Source of the DNA: Spizellomyces punctatus DAOM BR117
Lineage: Eukaryota
Reading direction: 5' to 3' (one strand)
Assembly (NCBI GenBank): GCA_000182565.2
Contig: KQ257462.1
DNA: 64,000 bases
Shown: positions 1 to 12,365 of the stretch, piece after piece
Position numbering within the stretch: the first letter of the stretch is position 1
Layout: every line of letters starts with the position of its first letter
Notes under the pieces: model-generated
The model's database searches: none
The model's input: the letters and a program-made list of their open reading frames with translations, nothing else
Told to the model about the DNA's origin: nothing
Translations under genes and position numbers: made by a program

Positions 1-2707
1 AAACTTTGCAACAGGGGAGTCGACTGTCTCGGACAATGTAACACCCAGGCGAAGTGTGCATGGTATAGGAATGGCCCTTATTTGGGGCGTTGTCTTCCCC
101 TTTGGAGTGTTTTGGTCCAGATATTTTAGGTATGTGCATGTTTGCATACCTGCTTCGCTGTTACGTTTATTCATTTAAAAATATACAGGCATCTTCCTGG
201 GTGGATGCTCGTTCACATCCTACTTCAAAGCATTGGTTGCATCGCCGTCATTTTCTTGGCAGCTATTCCGCTTATCGATCCGCAAAACATGGGGATTACG
301 ACCAATGCACCGCATTCGTACATTGGGATTATCCTCCTCGTTTTAGTCATCATTCAGTTGTTATTGGGAGGATTCAATCGACAGGTGAGCGCCAAGGCTA
401 ATCAGATCTCGTATAGCAGGTAACGAGCATGTTTACTTATCATTCTCTTGCAGCGTCTTCGATGGGAGAAGCTGCGTGATGCCTCTCACTACATTAGGGT
501 AGCCCACCATTGGGTCGGGCGTGGTATGATTTTGCTGGGACTTGCAAATATCGGATTTGGGCTTCGGCGCATCTATCCCAACAAAGACCCGTCGGATGGT
601 ATCTGGTTGGTATACTATGTGGTCTTGGTATTTTGGGCTGCTCTCTTTGCCGCTCTCGAGGTAGGTAGCGCCTTTGTACCTATTAAATCACAACCACGGT
701 CTCATGGTTCGCTCTATCCTCTACAGGTGTTCTTCCGCTTCAAGGTCCGCGCAACCCGCCCTGATGGACCGCAAATGCCTGTGCCTATTATGCAGCTCGA
801 TGAGAATGGAAAAGACGGCACTCTTACTGTGATTCCCACTGTAACCCCCGTCATGGCCGCCATGTCTGCGCCGGTGCCGATGAAAAGGGACCCAAAAGAT
901 CTCGAAAAGCAGCCACTCTTGAGAAGTTTCACGTGGAAGGATATTGACGACGCCGTCATTGGAGGGTATGCTACTGATATTTTTTCCCAGAATTTAGATG
1001 GATGTAGTCACTAACGACTTGCGCATTATTTTCGCAGCGAGCATTTGGTAGTCGGAAATGGACGCTGGGTATATGATATCCGACCCTGGCTCGCCCATCA
1101 CCCTGGTGGCCGACTAATTTTGGATACTGTGAATGGAACCGACATTACGATTGATTTCTTTAATGAATCAGACTTTGATGGTAACCTGGGACTGCAAGCA
1201 ACAAGCGGTAGATCAAACGACCAAGAGAAAGAATTTAGGGTGCTTCCCAATGCATTGGTACGGAACGGTACACCAAACGGGGATCATGAAGCATATGACG
1301 AAAGTGACTCGGTCATCAAAGTGAATCCTTTATTGCACAAACCATTTACGACATCTGGACCTATCGTTCACCATGAACTTTCTGTGGAAACCTTGAGAAC
1401 GAACAGCGAGGAAAAATCTGAAGAAGAGAGCGAACATTGGATTCCGCCGCCGGATATCAAAGCAGATGAATGGAAGGCAGTTCGAAGAGCTCGATGGACG
1501 CATGCCCACAGCAAATACGCCGCTGAAAAGCTCATTGGATTCATTATCGGCGAGATTTCATGCCCAAAAGTTCCATCAAAGTTTTATGATTCGGCGGATG
1601 GGTCACGATCTTTTGATCCATACGAGTACCGTCGATATGCAATGGTCCATAAACAGCTAGTGACTTCCAAATCAGCCAAACGTGCAGTTTACCGTGTCAA
1701 ATTCGCGCTGTTATATCCTTTCCAAGGGTTGCGTGAGAATGAGCCAACAAGTTTTCTTCCGGGGCAGTGCGTAGAAATTGCCGATCGCATCCAAGGACAG
1801 ATTGTCACACGGTTTTATACGCCTGTCTCTGGCAGTCCTAGTTGCTTTGAAGTGTTGATCAAAGTCTATCCGGAAGGATTGATGGGACAGCATATCCACA
1901 AGCGCAAACCAGGCGACCGGCAGCTTAAGGTTCGTGGTCCATTTGCCGAGCCTTTGATCAACCCTCACCCGCCATTGAGAGGATTGCATGCGGGATGCTG
2001 GCAAACTTTGGTCCTAGTGTGTGGAGGCGCTGGGATTTCACCTGGGTTGCAATTTGTCAAGGAGTACTTGTTACCTGTTGGCAAGACCTTGGTTGCGCGT
2101 GAAAGATACGTACCCTGTATGGAGGATGAAATTGCTTTGGAATTGGGAGACCGCGTCAGAATTATGCAGTATGGTGTGGATGGGTGGGCAACCGGGCTGG
2201 TAGGTGTTCTTGTACTTTTTCTTTTTTTGGTTGGAATTGCGCAAGATTGACGTTGGCAACTCTTAGAACCTAAATACTGAAGAAGAGGGTTTGTTACCAT
2301 TGTCGCTCATGACTCCACCCGCAGGCGTATCATCGCGAATACTTCTCCTCAATTGCGCCAGCACGCTCGGCGACATTACCAGTCGCGAAACACTCCAACC
2401 CGCTGCCCTTGCCTACCCCGACATCCTTCACATCCACAATTTTGTCTCCGACTCGTCAAATCTTAATGTTGACGCCCACGCAATTGTAGGCAATGTCCAT
2501 TTTGGACGCCTGACGGAACAAAGTGTGCGTCAGCTTGTTGGACCCGTGTGGGCAGGAGCTGATGAGCAGAGTCGCAAGGTGGTTATTTGTGGTCCGCCGA
2601 GCTTGGAAGGAATGGCATATGATGCATTATTGGAAGGATTGGATATCGATAGGGACGATATTGTCGTGTTACCCCCCGATTCTTACCACATGGGTGTCCA
2701 GCAATAG
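1..2707 (+). CDS. Multidomain transmembrane oxidoreductase: cytochrome b561 + cytochrome b5 + FAD-binding + NAD(P)-binding domain with inserted SH3 (5' end lies outside window)
   Basis: Spliced reading (introns ~130-189, ~384-453, 661-726, 966-1037, 2200-2266): b561 His motifs HGIGMALIWGVVFPFGVFWSRYFR, WMLVHILLQ, PHSYIG, AHHWVGR; b5 motif VYDIRPWLAHHPGG...GTDIT and HSKYA; FAD motif PGQ...RFYTPVS...IKVYPEGLMG...VRGP; NAD motif CGGAGISPGLQ and ICGPP; SH3 ARERYVPCMEDEIALELGDRV...DGWATGLNLNTEEEGLLP. Confidence 0.85.
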
Positions 2708-3538
2708 CATGGCGTGTGTGGTAGATTGACATTTTCTTTTTATGTATCATGAGTGGTTTTTTTGTTTTGGTTTGATGTAATATATCTTGAGCATACAGTT
2801 TTGAAAAAAAAGTTTGGAATGACACAAAAAGAGCATGCAATCGGACATTTTCATTGTGAGATATGGGAGACTGTCGACCGTGGTCTTTTGATTTTGAACC
2901 AATGTGGTATATATTGACGGAAAAAAAAAAATGGGTTATAGTTCCAAAGTTTCTGTTGGTCATCATCATGACGGGAACTATTGGTGAAAGCTCAGATCTA
3001 TTTACCAAATTGTTAAACCTTTGAATGATCCCCCAGGTAAATAAATTCAAAGGAACACGGAACGCCCCTCGGATTCAACCTTTTTTTTATTACACATTGT
3101 CAGTCTTTGGATACTATTTTAAGTTTTCAAATGCTCATTATCCCCCAAAGAAAAGGATATTTGGGTTCCGCTTAAGTATTCTTTTTTCGGAGGTTATCGG
3201 CGCCATGAAACATTGGATCTTCAACCAAACACACAGCAAAATGCAAGTTTGTTTATCATGTGGGTTAAGCGAATATAATTGATTCCGTGCCTGTCAACCT
3301 TTTTTTTGTTTACTTTTGTATTATTTTGAACATACGAACAATGGACCCAAATCAAGATTTTCATTTAAACATTCCTACCATAGTATTTTTGTATATTTCA
3401 GGTATTGAACATTCTGTACTTTTAAAGGACCAGGTTTTTATGATTTTTTGAAAGGGCATTTAATGTGTGTGTGTGTTCCCTCTTGCCATCTTTTTTGTCC
3501 AACGCCCTATCGGTTAGACTAAAAAAAAAAAAAAAACG

Positions 3539-6500
3539 ATGAAATCCCATTATGTCTTGAGAGATTTTCGTACGCTGCTTTTTGTAGTTGCGCTTTGGAT
3601 ACCATGGACTGTTGTCGGTGCGACGTGTGTTATCAAGGATAAGGTTTCTCTTCAGCTTAATTGGTTATGGCAGGCCCAATTTGCTGGATTTCAGGCCGTA
3701 TGCGAAAGGTTTCGGTTATCGTATGAGACAAAAGAGCTTATGAATCTGAATTTGGCTCTTTTTTTTCTTAGGCATCTTCGTTGGGGTATTTTGATGAAGA
3801 GTGCCTTAGCGTGCAAATACGGCAGGGCGAGGCGACTTTTGATGGATTGTCGGAAGTTAGTGAAGGGTAGGATTCGTGTTCATGATTTTGTTTAAAAGAC
3901 TCGACTTTAGCTTTTTCGTATTTGCTTTTTTAGACGTGCCGTCTTTGGAAATGCGTGGACTAGTGGGGTATGATGAAAATCACCCTATACATCAGAACAA
4001 CTAGTCCAAAACTTTAAGACATGTATATTCATCTAGGTAGCCACGACTCATTCCGCGGGAACGAATCTGACTGTCATCATGCAGCAGTTTCAGCGGTCCG
4101 GTATGAGGATCGTTTCACGGTTGCGACCTGATATCCAGACATTTCAAGATTTGGATAATAAGACGTAAGAAAGTCATTCTTTCTTATGCTTTTTTTTTTT
4201 TTTTTGGTGAATAACGTTTTTACTCGGTTGGTGCAAAAGGTTTAGTGGGTGGATGGTCAATTTACTTGATGTTTCACCTAGGGCTGCATTCACTAAACAT
4301 AACATGACCAATGTGAATCTGGTATGTTCGACATATGTTTTCTTGTAACGAAAGCAAGTGAGATGGTCTAACCGTGTCGTCCTTACCCATTGCCTATCAC
4401 ATTTCACAGGTTCCTCAAAGCTTCACGCCTTTCAAGCTTTTCGCGACGGACGGTACAGCCGTCGATGCGGTGAGCGTTATGGTTTGTAAGTGTTTCCCCC
4501 ATGGCAAGGGCATAGATTTGTGGGGGCTTTGTTGGTTGACGCACACCTCATTTTTATAAAGACAACGAGTTGGCTCAGATTTTTGAAGTCCGCAACCCGC
4601 AAACTGGGATGTTGTATCAACCAGATGAATTGAAAATCTTTGATTTAAATACTCTCGGGGCAGGTTTGTTAAAAGAAAAAACTTTTGTTAAACTCTGCAA
4701 AACTGTTTGCTGTGATTGACTTTAATGACTGTTTGTCTTTAGGTATGCTAGAAGACAATGTCTTTGTCCGCTCCGATTGGCTAGAAGACGAGGAAAACAA
4801 AAACATTACCAGACGGTTTTTGAGAGCCACTGCGAAAGGGTGGATATATTGCAGGGATAACGAGGAAGCTTGTAAGAGTATGTTGTACGATCATGGTCCT
4901 CATCAGGTAAAAATGCTACGTTGCTGTGCTTTTTGAAATGCTTTATAAGGTTGTCCTCAACATCTTGTTTAACAACCCAGGAATGGATGATGAGAGAAGT
5001 CAATCGTTTGATATGGCCAAGGTGTGACGTATTTGGATACTTTCAGGTTAAACCTTTTTCTGATACAGCTCGCATGGAATAGTCCTCTGGGCGTTGGCTT
5101 CATGGATCCGGGCTTGTTGAATACCACTCTCAACATGCTCAACATTACGGGACACTTGCACCATACCAGCAGTCCATATCCTCTCTCTGATTCTTCATAC
5201 ATGCGATGGGCGCTAGATTCGCTTGAAAGTCAGGGATACGATGTGCGTGGGCAGAATTGGTCAAAATCTCAGTTGCATTTCTGTATGAATTCTGGAGAGG
5301 TATGTTGTCGTATCTTTTTGAACTCTGCAAAAACGTGTGCTCATCTTGTCCATGGTCCCCTTTTTATATATATAGACAGCATTCCACGTATGCGACGACA
5401 TTGAAGCGACTATCTGTCCTGCTGGTTATTCAGCCATTGCAGCCAACCAATGTGTGCCGTGCCCGCCAGGTTCATTTGCTCCTCATAACGGAACGGGTAA
5501 TTCCTGTCAGGCATGTCCCCCTGGCACTTTTTCATCCCAAAATGGAGGCCTCAAGGACCCAAATGACTACCTGGATGAACCTGGCGGTGTGCTTTGTTCA
5601 GGCTGTCCGTCCGGAACGCGGGTGGGAGCTGATGGTAGAGTTATTTGCGGAAAAGTGGGATTTGGTATGTTTGTTTGTTAATGTGCAGAGGTTCTCTCAC
5701 TGTTGTTCATATTCCTGATAATCTGTTGCATTTGACGAATTTGCAGAGGACTCTCTCGTCCATCTCATTGTGGCAAACAAAGCGCTGGTTGGGGCATGGG
5801 CGGGCGCCATGGGTCTAGCGGGATTCTTATTCTTTTACATCAAGCGAACGGAACCCACTGCCGATGCAGTTATCATGCCGTCGGCGGTAGCATCCATATT
5901 GGAAACGGTTAGGAAATGCCTGTTTTTCACGTAAATGCGTCTACCATTCTGGCTCACACCAAAATTATCAACTCTTTTCAGATTTTGGATGCAGTTTTCC
6001 TGAACCTACTCGTTCAACAGGGCAGAATGAACTACTTTGCGATTGCCGTCACTGGATTTGGCGGTCATTTTCTGTTGAACATCCTAATCGTTGGCGTCTT
6101 TATACACCATGAGTTTCGGTTGGGAAGCGTTCGACGCTGGACAGAACAGCATGTAAATGCTCTTCCTCCCGTTGTTATGCTGAGTGTGATGAACCCTGAG
6201 CTTTTGGGAATACTGTCAAGTAAAGTTCGAGGTTGGAAGTGGACTCAGGTAATATGAAGCATTGTCAGTGGTCAAAACAAATGATATAAAGTGCACTGAC
6301 AAGTATGGAATCATTTCTTGGCTTTTAGGCTCCGTTTTCACCCAAAGGACTCGCTGCACTCAGGTTTGTACTGCAAGGAGGTATATTACTTCAAGTACCC
6401 ATTGTATTTAAACTATCTTGGACTAGGTTTTCCACATTTGCGGCATTTGTAGCAGGCAAAATTCCCCAAGTTTGCGTTGAGATTCTCATCTTGCAGCGAG

Positions 6501-6928
6501 ACGGTTGGCATCTCGATCCATTTCTTGCTGCCGTTACAACCCTCGCCCTCCTCACAAAGGGTGTCATCCACTACTTTGTTCTCAACATTTTGATTCTTTA
6601 TAAAAAGCGACGTGGAAATATGAGCTCTAAAGGCTCACAGAATGGCAGCAGCCTGTCAAACATTGGGCATGTGGAAGCTGGTAGGAAAGTATCTCGATCT
6701 TGCAATTTGGATCCGGGACGCCTAAGAGATGAGCTTGTGTTGGCTAAAAGACGGGTAAAAGAGTTGGAAGAGCTATTGAGGGCGCATGGGGATGTAGAGA
6801 ATGCTTCTTTTCCGCCTGTGCTTGCAACTGGCAAGCTAGATGACCATTCTCCGAGCCCTCTTTCACAAGGATTGAGAGATGTTACTAATAAGCCCAATGG
6901 TGGATCAGAAGCCGGTCTGGAGGTGTAG
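3539..6928 (+). CDS. Signal peptide + NMT1/THI5-like (PBP type 2) solute-binding domain + Cys-rich (GCC2/GCC3-like) repeats + multi-pass membrane domain + C-terminal coiled coil; receptor-like membrane protein
   Basis: Many short introns; spliced motifs SLQLNWLWQAQFAGFQAASSLGYFDEECLSV, QQFQRSG, VMVYNELAQIFE, GMLEDNVFVRSDWL, RFLRATAKGWIYCRDN; CxxCPPGxF repeats at ~5415-5650; hydrophobic helices at 5780-6600; DELVLAKRRVKELEELL coiled coil. Confidence 0.75.
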
Positions 6929-8038
6929 TTGAGCAGGAGCTGTATCATATATCATATTTATTAGAGTTATCTGCTTTTCTTTTCGTGCAGATGATATGCT
7001 TTTATGTTGAATCCTGTGCCTTGTTTGATGAACACTCTGAGCTTTAGACAGATGCTAAACGCTTTGAATTTGGCCATTTCCAAGTGCTCGTTGGCCTTCT
7101 CTGCGCCCATCAATTGAGCACTGTTAAACTGTTATACTTGAGGTACCTCTTTGTGCCATCCGTTGCAATGCAGTTTAGGGCATGCCACATTGTGTACAAG
7201 CAAGGTCAGTTGTCCGAGTGCCCAATTCATTTTATGTTACTTACATCTTGCTAAATCATGGTACTGGAGATTTTCTCATTCCTCAATCATCTGGCCTTTG
7301 ATGAAAACATACAAAGTTTGAATTTTGTTCGAACTTTATGCCCGCAGAAACGAGATTGAGCTTGAACGTCTCATGGTATAGGACAAGAGCGTCTCATATC
7401 AGAGATCTCAGCACTAGTTTCAACATTCCCAAGCATTGCGGGATCAAGAGAGCAATCGACGATTCACAAAACCCTCTCTGCAGTTTGTGTGTGTGCCCAA
7501 CTGGCAATATGAGACTGTGACTCGCATACCACTCTTGATGGCCGAAATGCTGAGCACCTTCTTTTTTTTTGTCCAGAGAACCAAAATGAAAGAAATAAAA
7601 AAGAAAAACAAAAAAAAAAAAAACTTTAGGGTCCTTCAGTTTGTTAGGTTGCCTTACCCGTTGTTGGCCCTCCACAACTTCCGATGTTTTGATGTTTTGC
7701 TTTTACGACCACACACTACGGGACATAACATGGAGATGGGGCACTAGCAGGTAAAAGAGATTTGCGCATCACTACTAGCCCATTGCCTTGGCCTTTTCAT
7801 TCTGCGAATAACAAGAGTTGTCCTCCAAAGATGATGGAGCAAGGGCTTGTATGCGTCAAAAATGAATTAAATCGGCGATAGGGGTTTCGTTTGTTGCCAA
7901 TATCCGGGGGTCATTTCACACAACTTGCCCACGTTTCACTCTGTCATTCTTTCTTCCACATCTGATCGTGATGCAGAACATCAAAGCTCGGAGTGGCCAG
8001 CGGCCCGCACCAAAGCGACATTTGCAGCTACAAAGAAG

Positions 8039-8700
8039 ATGGGCGCCGGTCGAACCGTCCGTCAACGTCTCTCAGAGGTCAGGAAAACAGGCGTGCTGGA
8101 CCTGCGAGGACTAAACCTTGGAAATATCCCGGTAGACGCTGAAAAGTTGCAGAACCTCTCTGCATTGCTGCTGTAGGTACAGCCTGTTGGGCTTCAACAG
8201 AGAGTTTGACTGACTAGTTGGCTGTTGTTACAGTGGGGAAAACCGCCTTACGTCCATTCCTGCGGACCTCCCGTCCATCTTTCCTCGTCTCACTACTTGG
8301 ACCTTTCATTCAACAAGATTCAGAGCATACCGAATGTGCTAGTTAACTTGCAAGATTTGGAAGTTTTGGATTTAGAAGGCAACCAGGATATCCCATCACA
8401 ACTTCCGACTGCGTTTAGAGAAGGGGAAGCTAGCGGTACTTCGTGGTGAGCCAGACTTTTCGCCCACGGACGTGCTAAATGAGGAGAGCTCTGCTGCAGA
8501 GAGTGAGGCAGTGGACGGAGAATCCGAATGGCCCGTTGAGGCCATTGTGGCAGAAAGAACCTATAAGGGAAAAAGAGAGTACCTTGTCAAATGATTAGGC
8601 CGACGGGAAAGTCCTCTTAGAAGATACCCGCTGTGTGGAGGCCGTTGCCGTGGTCGAAAGGTTACAGCTTGATCAACTGTAGCAGAATAGGCAATTCGAA
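8039..8700 (+). pseudogene. Disrupted leucine-rich-repeat + chromodomain gene
   Basis: LRR units LDLRGLNLGNIP, L-GENRLTSIP, LDLSFNKIQSIP, LDLEGNQ with a frame change near 8295 and near 8415; chromodomain EWPVEAIVAERTYKGKREYLVK*LG with TGA at 8592-8594 where Trp is expected. Confidence 0.7.
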
Positions 8701-9306
8701 GTACTTAGAGAAGCCGAAGAGCTTAGATAGACCTTAGAGTCTGACATTGTACTGGTAGTGCGCAGCTGGCTGAGGTCAAATGCATTAGTAAATGGCGCTA
8801 TGAAAGGAAAGCGCTGCCCACAATGTGGGAATAAGGCCAGTTACTGGAGTTACCAGTCTGGTATAGCCTGTGTGGCATAAGCAGAGGAAAGGGAAAGCGT
8901 CTACGACGCCGCGGATGCTGAGAATCATCCGGAAGTGTCTGAACGATGGACAAACTAAGAAACGAAGCAGAGAGTGCAAGAGAACAGCGATATATTCAAA
9001 GATTACTGCCAAACACGATACATTCACTACAGAAAGTTTTCACTGGCATGAAAGTTCGCTGCTCGAATCGGTCCGCCCCATATGTTACGAATCGCGTTCA
9101 TCCACAGGTTAGCCACCGCTCCTGTAATTTGAGCACCAATGGTAGAGTGAAACCGGATGTGAATCGAAGCAATAGGTACATTGGGAAACATGGTTTTGAG
9201 TGCAATCCATATTGGTACCTGTCCAGCGCCGGCAACAAAAACCTCCAAGGCTACATGGACCCCCAATTCTACTACGGCTGGATATACAATCAAAGGAAAC
9301 ATACTG

Positions 9307-10333
9307 TCATTCAACTCGCCAAGATAGATTCCCATGAGGCTTGTTAAGGTTGGCGGAATTGAATGATGGCCAGCGTAGCTTGGAAGTTCCGAGGCCCTGC
9401 AGTGAAACGTAAAACCAGATGAGATAGTTGGGCATACCTGCTATGGTCACGAGGAGCGCGTTCAGGTGGATGACCGAGGGAGATGGAATTGTAGGCCAGT
9501 GTGGTAAAACGAGCTTCGTGATCGTAGCCATGCCGTATGTAATCCATCGCGTCATCTGTTGGATTGGGCCTGTGCGAATGCTGAAGGATGGGAACTCCAG
9601 AGTGGAAAGAGCCGTCGCGGGGTACATGGTATTGGGCGCACCCACGTTCATATCGGCTGGCACCTCGGCTAAAACGCGCATATCAACTATGAAATGCGTG
9701 AACAATTGAAAAATATACCTTAGTGATGCCGCACGATAGCTCGAGGGCGTAAAACCACAATCATTGAACCTGGCGCCGATCGGGTGGAACCTGCTCGCCA
9801 TGATTATCGCATCGGAAGGGGAGTTGTGATTGTCTGTCATCAGGTAGAAAGAACGAAGGCTAACCCGCCGATGCGTATTCTCCCGATCAATTGTCGATAC
9901 GCCAGGTGGTAATGGAGGAACGTATCCCAGTGGACGAGGCGATAAGACGTTTATCCCGTAATTCCTTTGGATTCTCTCGATTATGTCCTTGATAAGGTGT
10001 GCCGAATCTGTCCCAGGCGGTAACGGCATGACCAACGAAACTAGAAATTCTGTGTTCCACGCACGGAAAATTGTCGTGTCCTTGATGGGCGATACTTCCG
10101 CATACCTATTGATCTCAGATGGGTCAGCTAAACGATGGATCGTGGCATGGACTTGTATCTCTTCCCGCCAGAACCGTCCACGATCCAAAGACGGCCCGAC
10201 AGGTCTTGCTGCGACTTAACCCAGAGAATATGAGCTCGCCAATGGACACTAGTGAATTCTTTTGTTCCTCCAGAGGAGGCTGTTCGTTAATGGCCAGGAG
10301 AAGCTCGTTAGGGAGAGAAGACAACATTGCCAT
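9307..10333 (-). pseudogene. F-box-like protein, apparently frameshifted near 10190
   Basis: N-terminal LSSLPNELLLAI F-box motif (ORF 10124..10333) overlapping, in a different frame, a 293-aa intronless ORF (9307..10188); no clear splice signals reconcile the frames. Confidence 0.45.
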
Positions 10334-10713
10334 ATTGGTTGGTGATGAGCTCGTCTTTTGACGCTAACACACAAAGAGAAAGGTTTTCAATGCTTTAGAT
10401 GAGCGATGCTGCCTACCAGATTGATAACTACGACAAAGCTAGACAAGCTCCGACCGCCAAAAGGTGATAGCCTTCCGAATAGAACGTAACCTTCCCAACT
10501 GCGATCCATCATGTATTTCATCTATTGGTAGACTTGCTCATTGACATTGTAATTTTGACCTTGCAATCACTAGTCCTTCTTGTCTGCCTCAATTTGCTGA
10601 GTACTAATTGGGAACAATCGTTCAAGAAATATCAGATTTTCAATATTAATTTCACAAGGGAATTTAAATCAATTGTTACAAGACTAAGAACTAATCCAGT
10701 TCGCTGGTGAATA

Positions 10714-12365
10714 TCAGAGCAATGCAACAACCCCGGCTTTACCCTCAGTATTGCTAACGCCCGTTGCTGATGCTGGTATGTCGCTGGAAGTCGGTGAATG
10801 TACGCTTCCACGTGCACCGGCTTTGGCTGTATCACTACGGACAGGTGTCTTTGCTTCCAAATCCTCAGAGCGAAGAAAAAGTTTCTTTATAAGCCAGAAC
10901 ATTGCGTTTTGGTAAATGCTTTCTGGAACGGGACGCTGTGATGCAGTCTCTGGATCCACCAGGTGAGCATCTGGCTGCGCGAACTTCCGATGGGATGTAC
11001 CAGGACTCGGTACAGTAGTAATTGACTGCGTTTCCAGACACTTGTATTTTAGGTAGTGAGTTTGGACCAAGTGCTTGCGGAGGGATTTCCGTGCGTGCTC
11101 AACGGTCGGGTCCAAAAGAAGAAAAACGGTAGCGTTCATTGTGCCCTGTGTGTTTAAAGGTGTTCATTAGGATTTTTTAATGATTGATAACTGTGTTTTG
11201 CGGAACAGTTACCTGTAATGAGGCAAAAATGCAAGCCAAGTAAGCCATCCAGACTGAAGTAAATGTCCCATAGTTCCCCCCAAGAAGCAAATAAATATCC
11301 AAAATGATGTTCCAGGATTGGGCAAGCAAGGGTACAACGCAGTACCAACTGATACGGGAAACAGCTCTGTTAACGAGCTGCTCCTTCTTACGTGATTTCT
11401 TGCTTTTTTTAGCACTTGCGAGTGTGGATGTGATACGGTTGGGTAGCTCGAGCATCTGCTTTTGATTCTGGTACAGCACGTACCAAAACAGAAAAGTAGC
11501 GATGGAGCATAGGACGCAAACTAAGCTGATCCAGAAGTACAAGAAGCCCCTGGTCATTGAACCAACTATATGAGATTTGTGTGCGATACATGCGTATTAG
11601 AACTTACCATTCAGAGCCAAATGCGTTCGTTAAATCATCAGGCGGTCCTTTAAACCAGCACTCTTCACCGTTGAAACCTAATCTTTTTGTAGCTACGCCA
11701 ATGATCGGTAGCAAGATGGCAACGGACGCTGATCCAATGTAATACATTCTTTCGTAAATAGGAGTTACACCGAATTTGACAACAAACACCTATTAGACCA
11801 CATAACGATAATAGAATACAGATATTAGCCAGGTAAATTAACCAGTTTACACTGCACACACCTACCAAGAATATATTCAGCGCTATCGCCGCAGACATGA
11901 AGACCGATGCCAAATTGCCGGCAACAACAAAGTACATCACCGAGATACATTCAGCACCGTCAGCGAATGTCGAAAAATTCGAGCCGATCCATGCACATTC
12001 ATAAACGATATCTGCGATCGCGATAAATGCCACCAAACGAAGTGACACGCGATTTGACTATCGTTCACAAAGGAATGTAAATGCTTTTGTTACAGTTTCG
12101 TCTGCTTGCGCAATGCTTACCAGGGTTGGGAGGTAGCGCCGCATTAGAGCAAAGACAAGAAGGGTTGCAAGGGACATTGCGATTGAAAATGCCGCCTAAT
12201 GTCACATTAGCTTATGCAAAACCACCGTGGAAGAAGGTCATCACTCACTAGGGCCGTGGAGACAGGTGGCAACTTGTCCCAATCTGACGCATATGGATCA
12301 TCCTCCCACGTGTAGTCACCTCCTCCAGTGCCGTCTGTAATGTTTGTATCAGTACTGTCGTCCAT
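10714..12365 (-). CDS. cAMP-receptor-like / Git3-type 7TM G-protein-coupled receptor
   Basis: Seven hydrophobic helices over spliced exons; motifs RVSLRLVAFIAIADI, C..MYFVVAGNLASVFMSAAIALN, GEECWF, RISWYCVVP, LQGTMNATVF..DP typical of the CRL/Git3 class. Confidence 0.85.
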
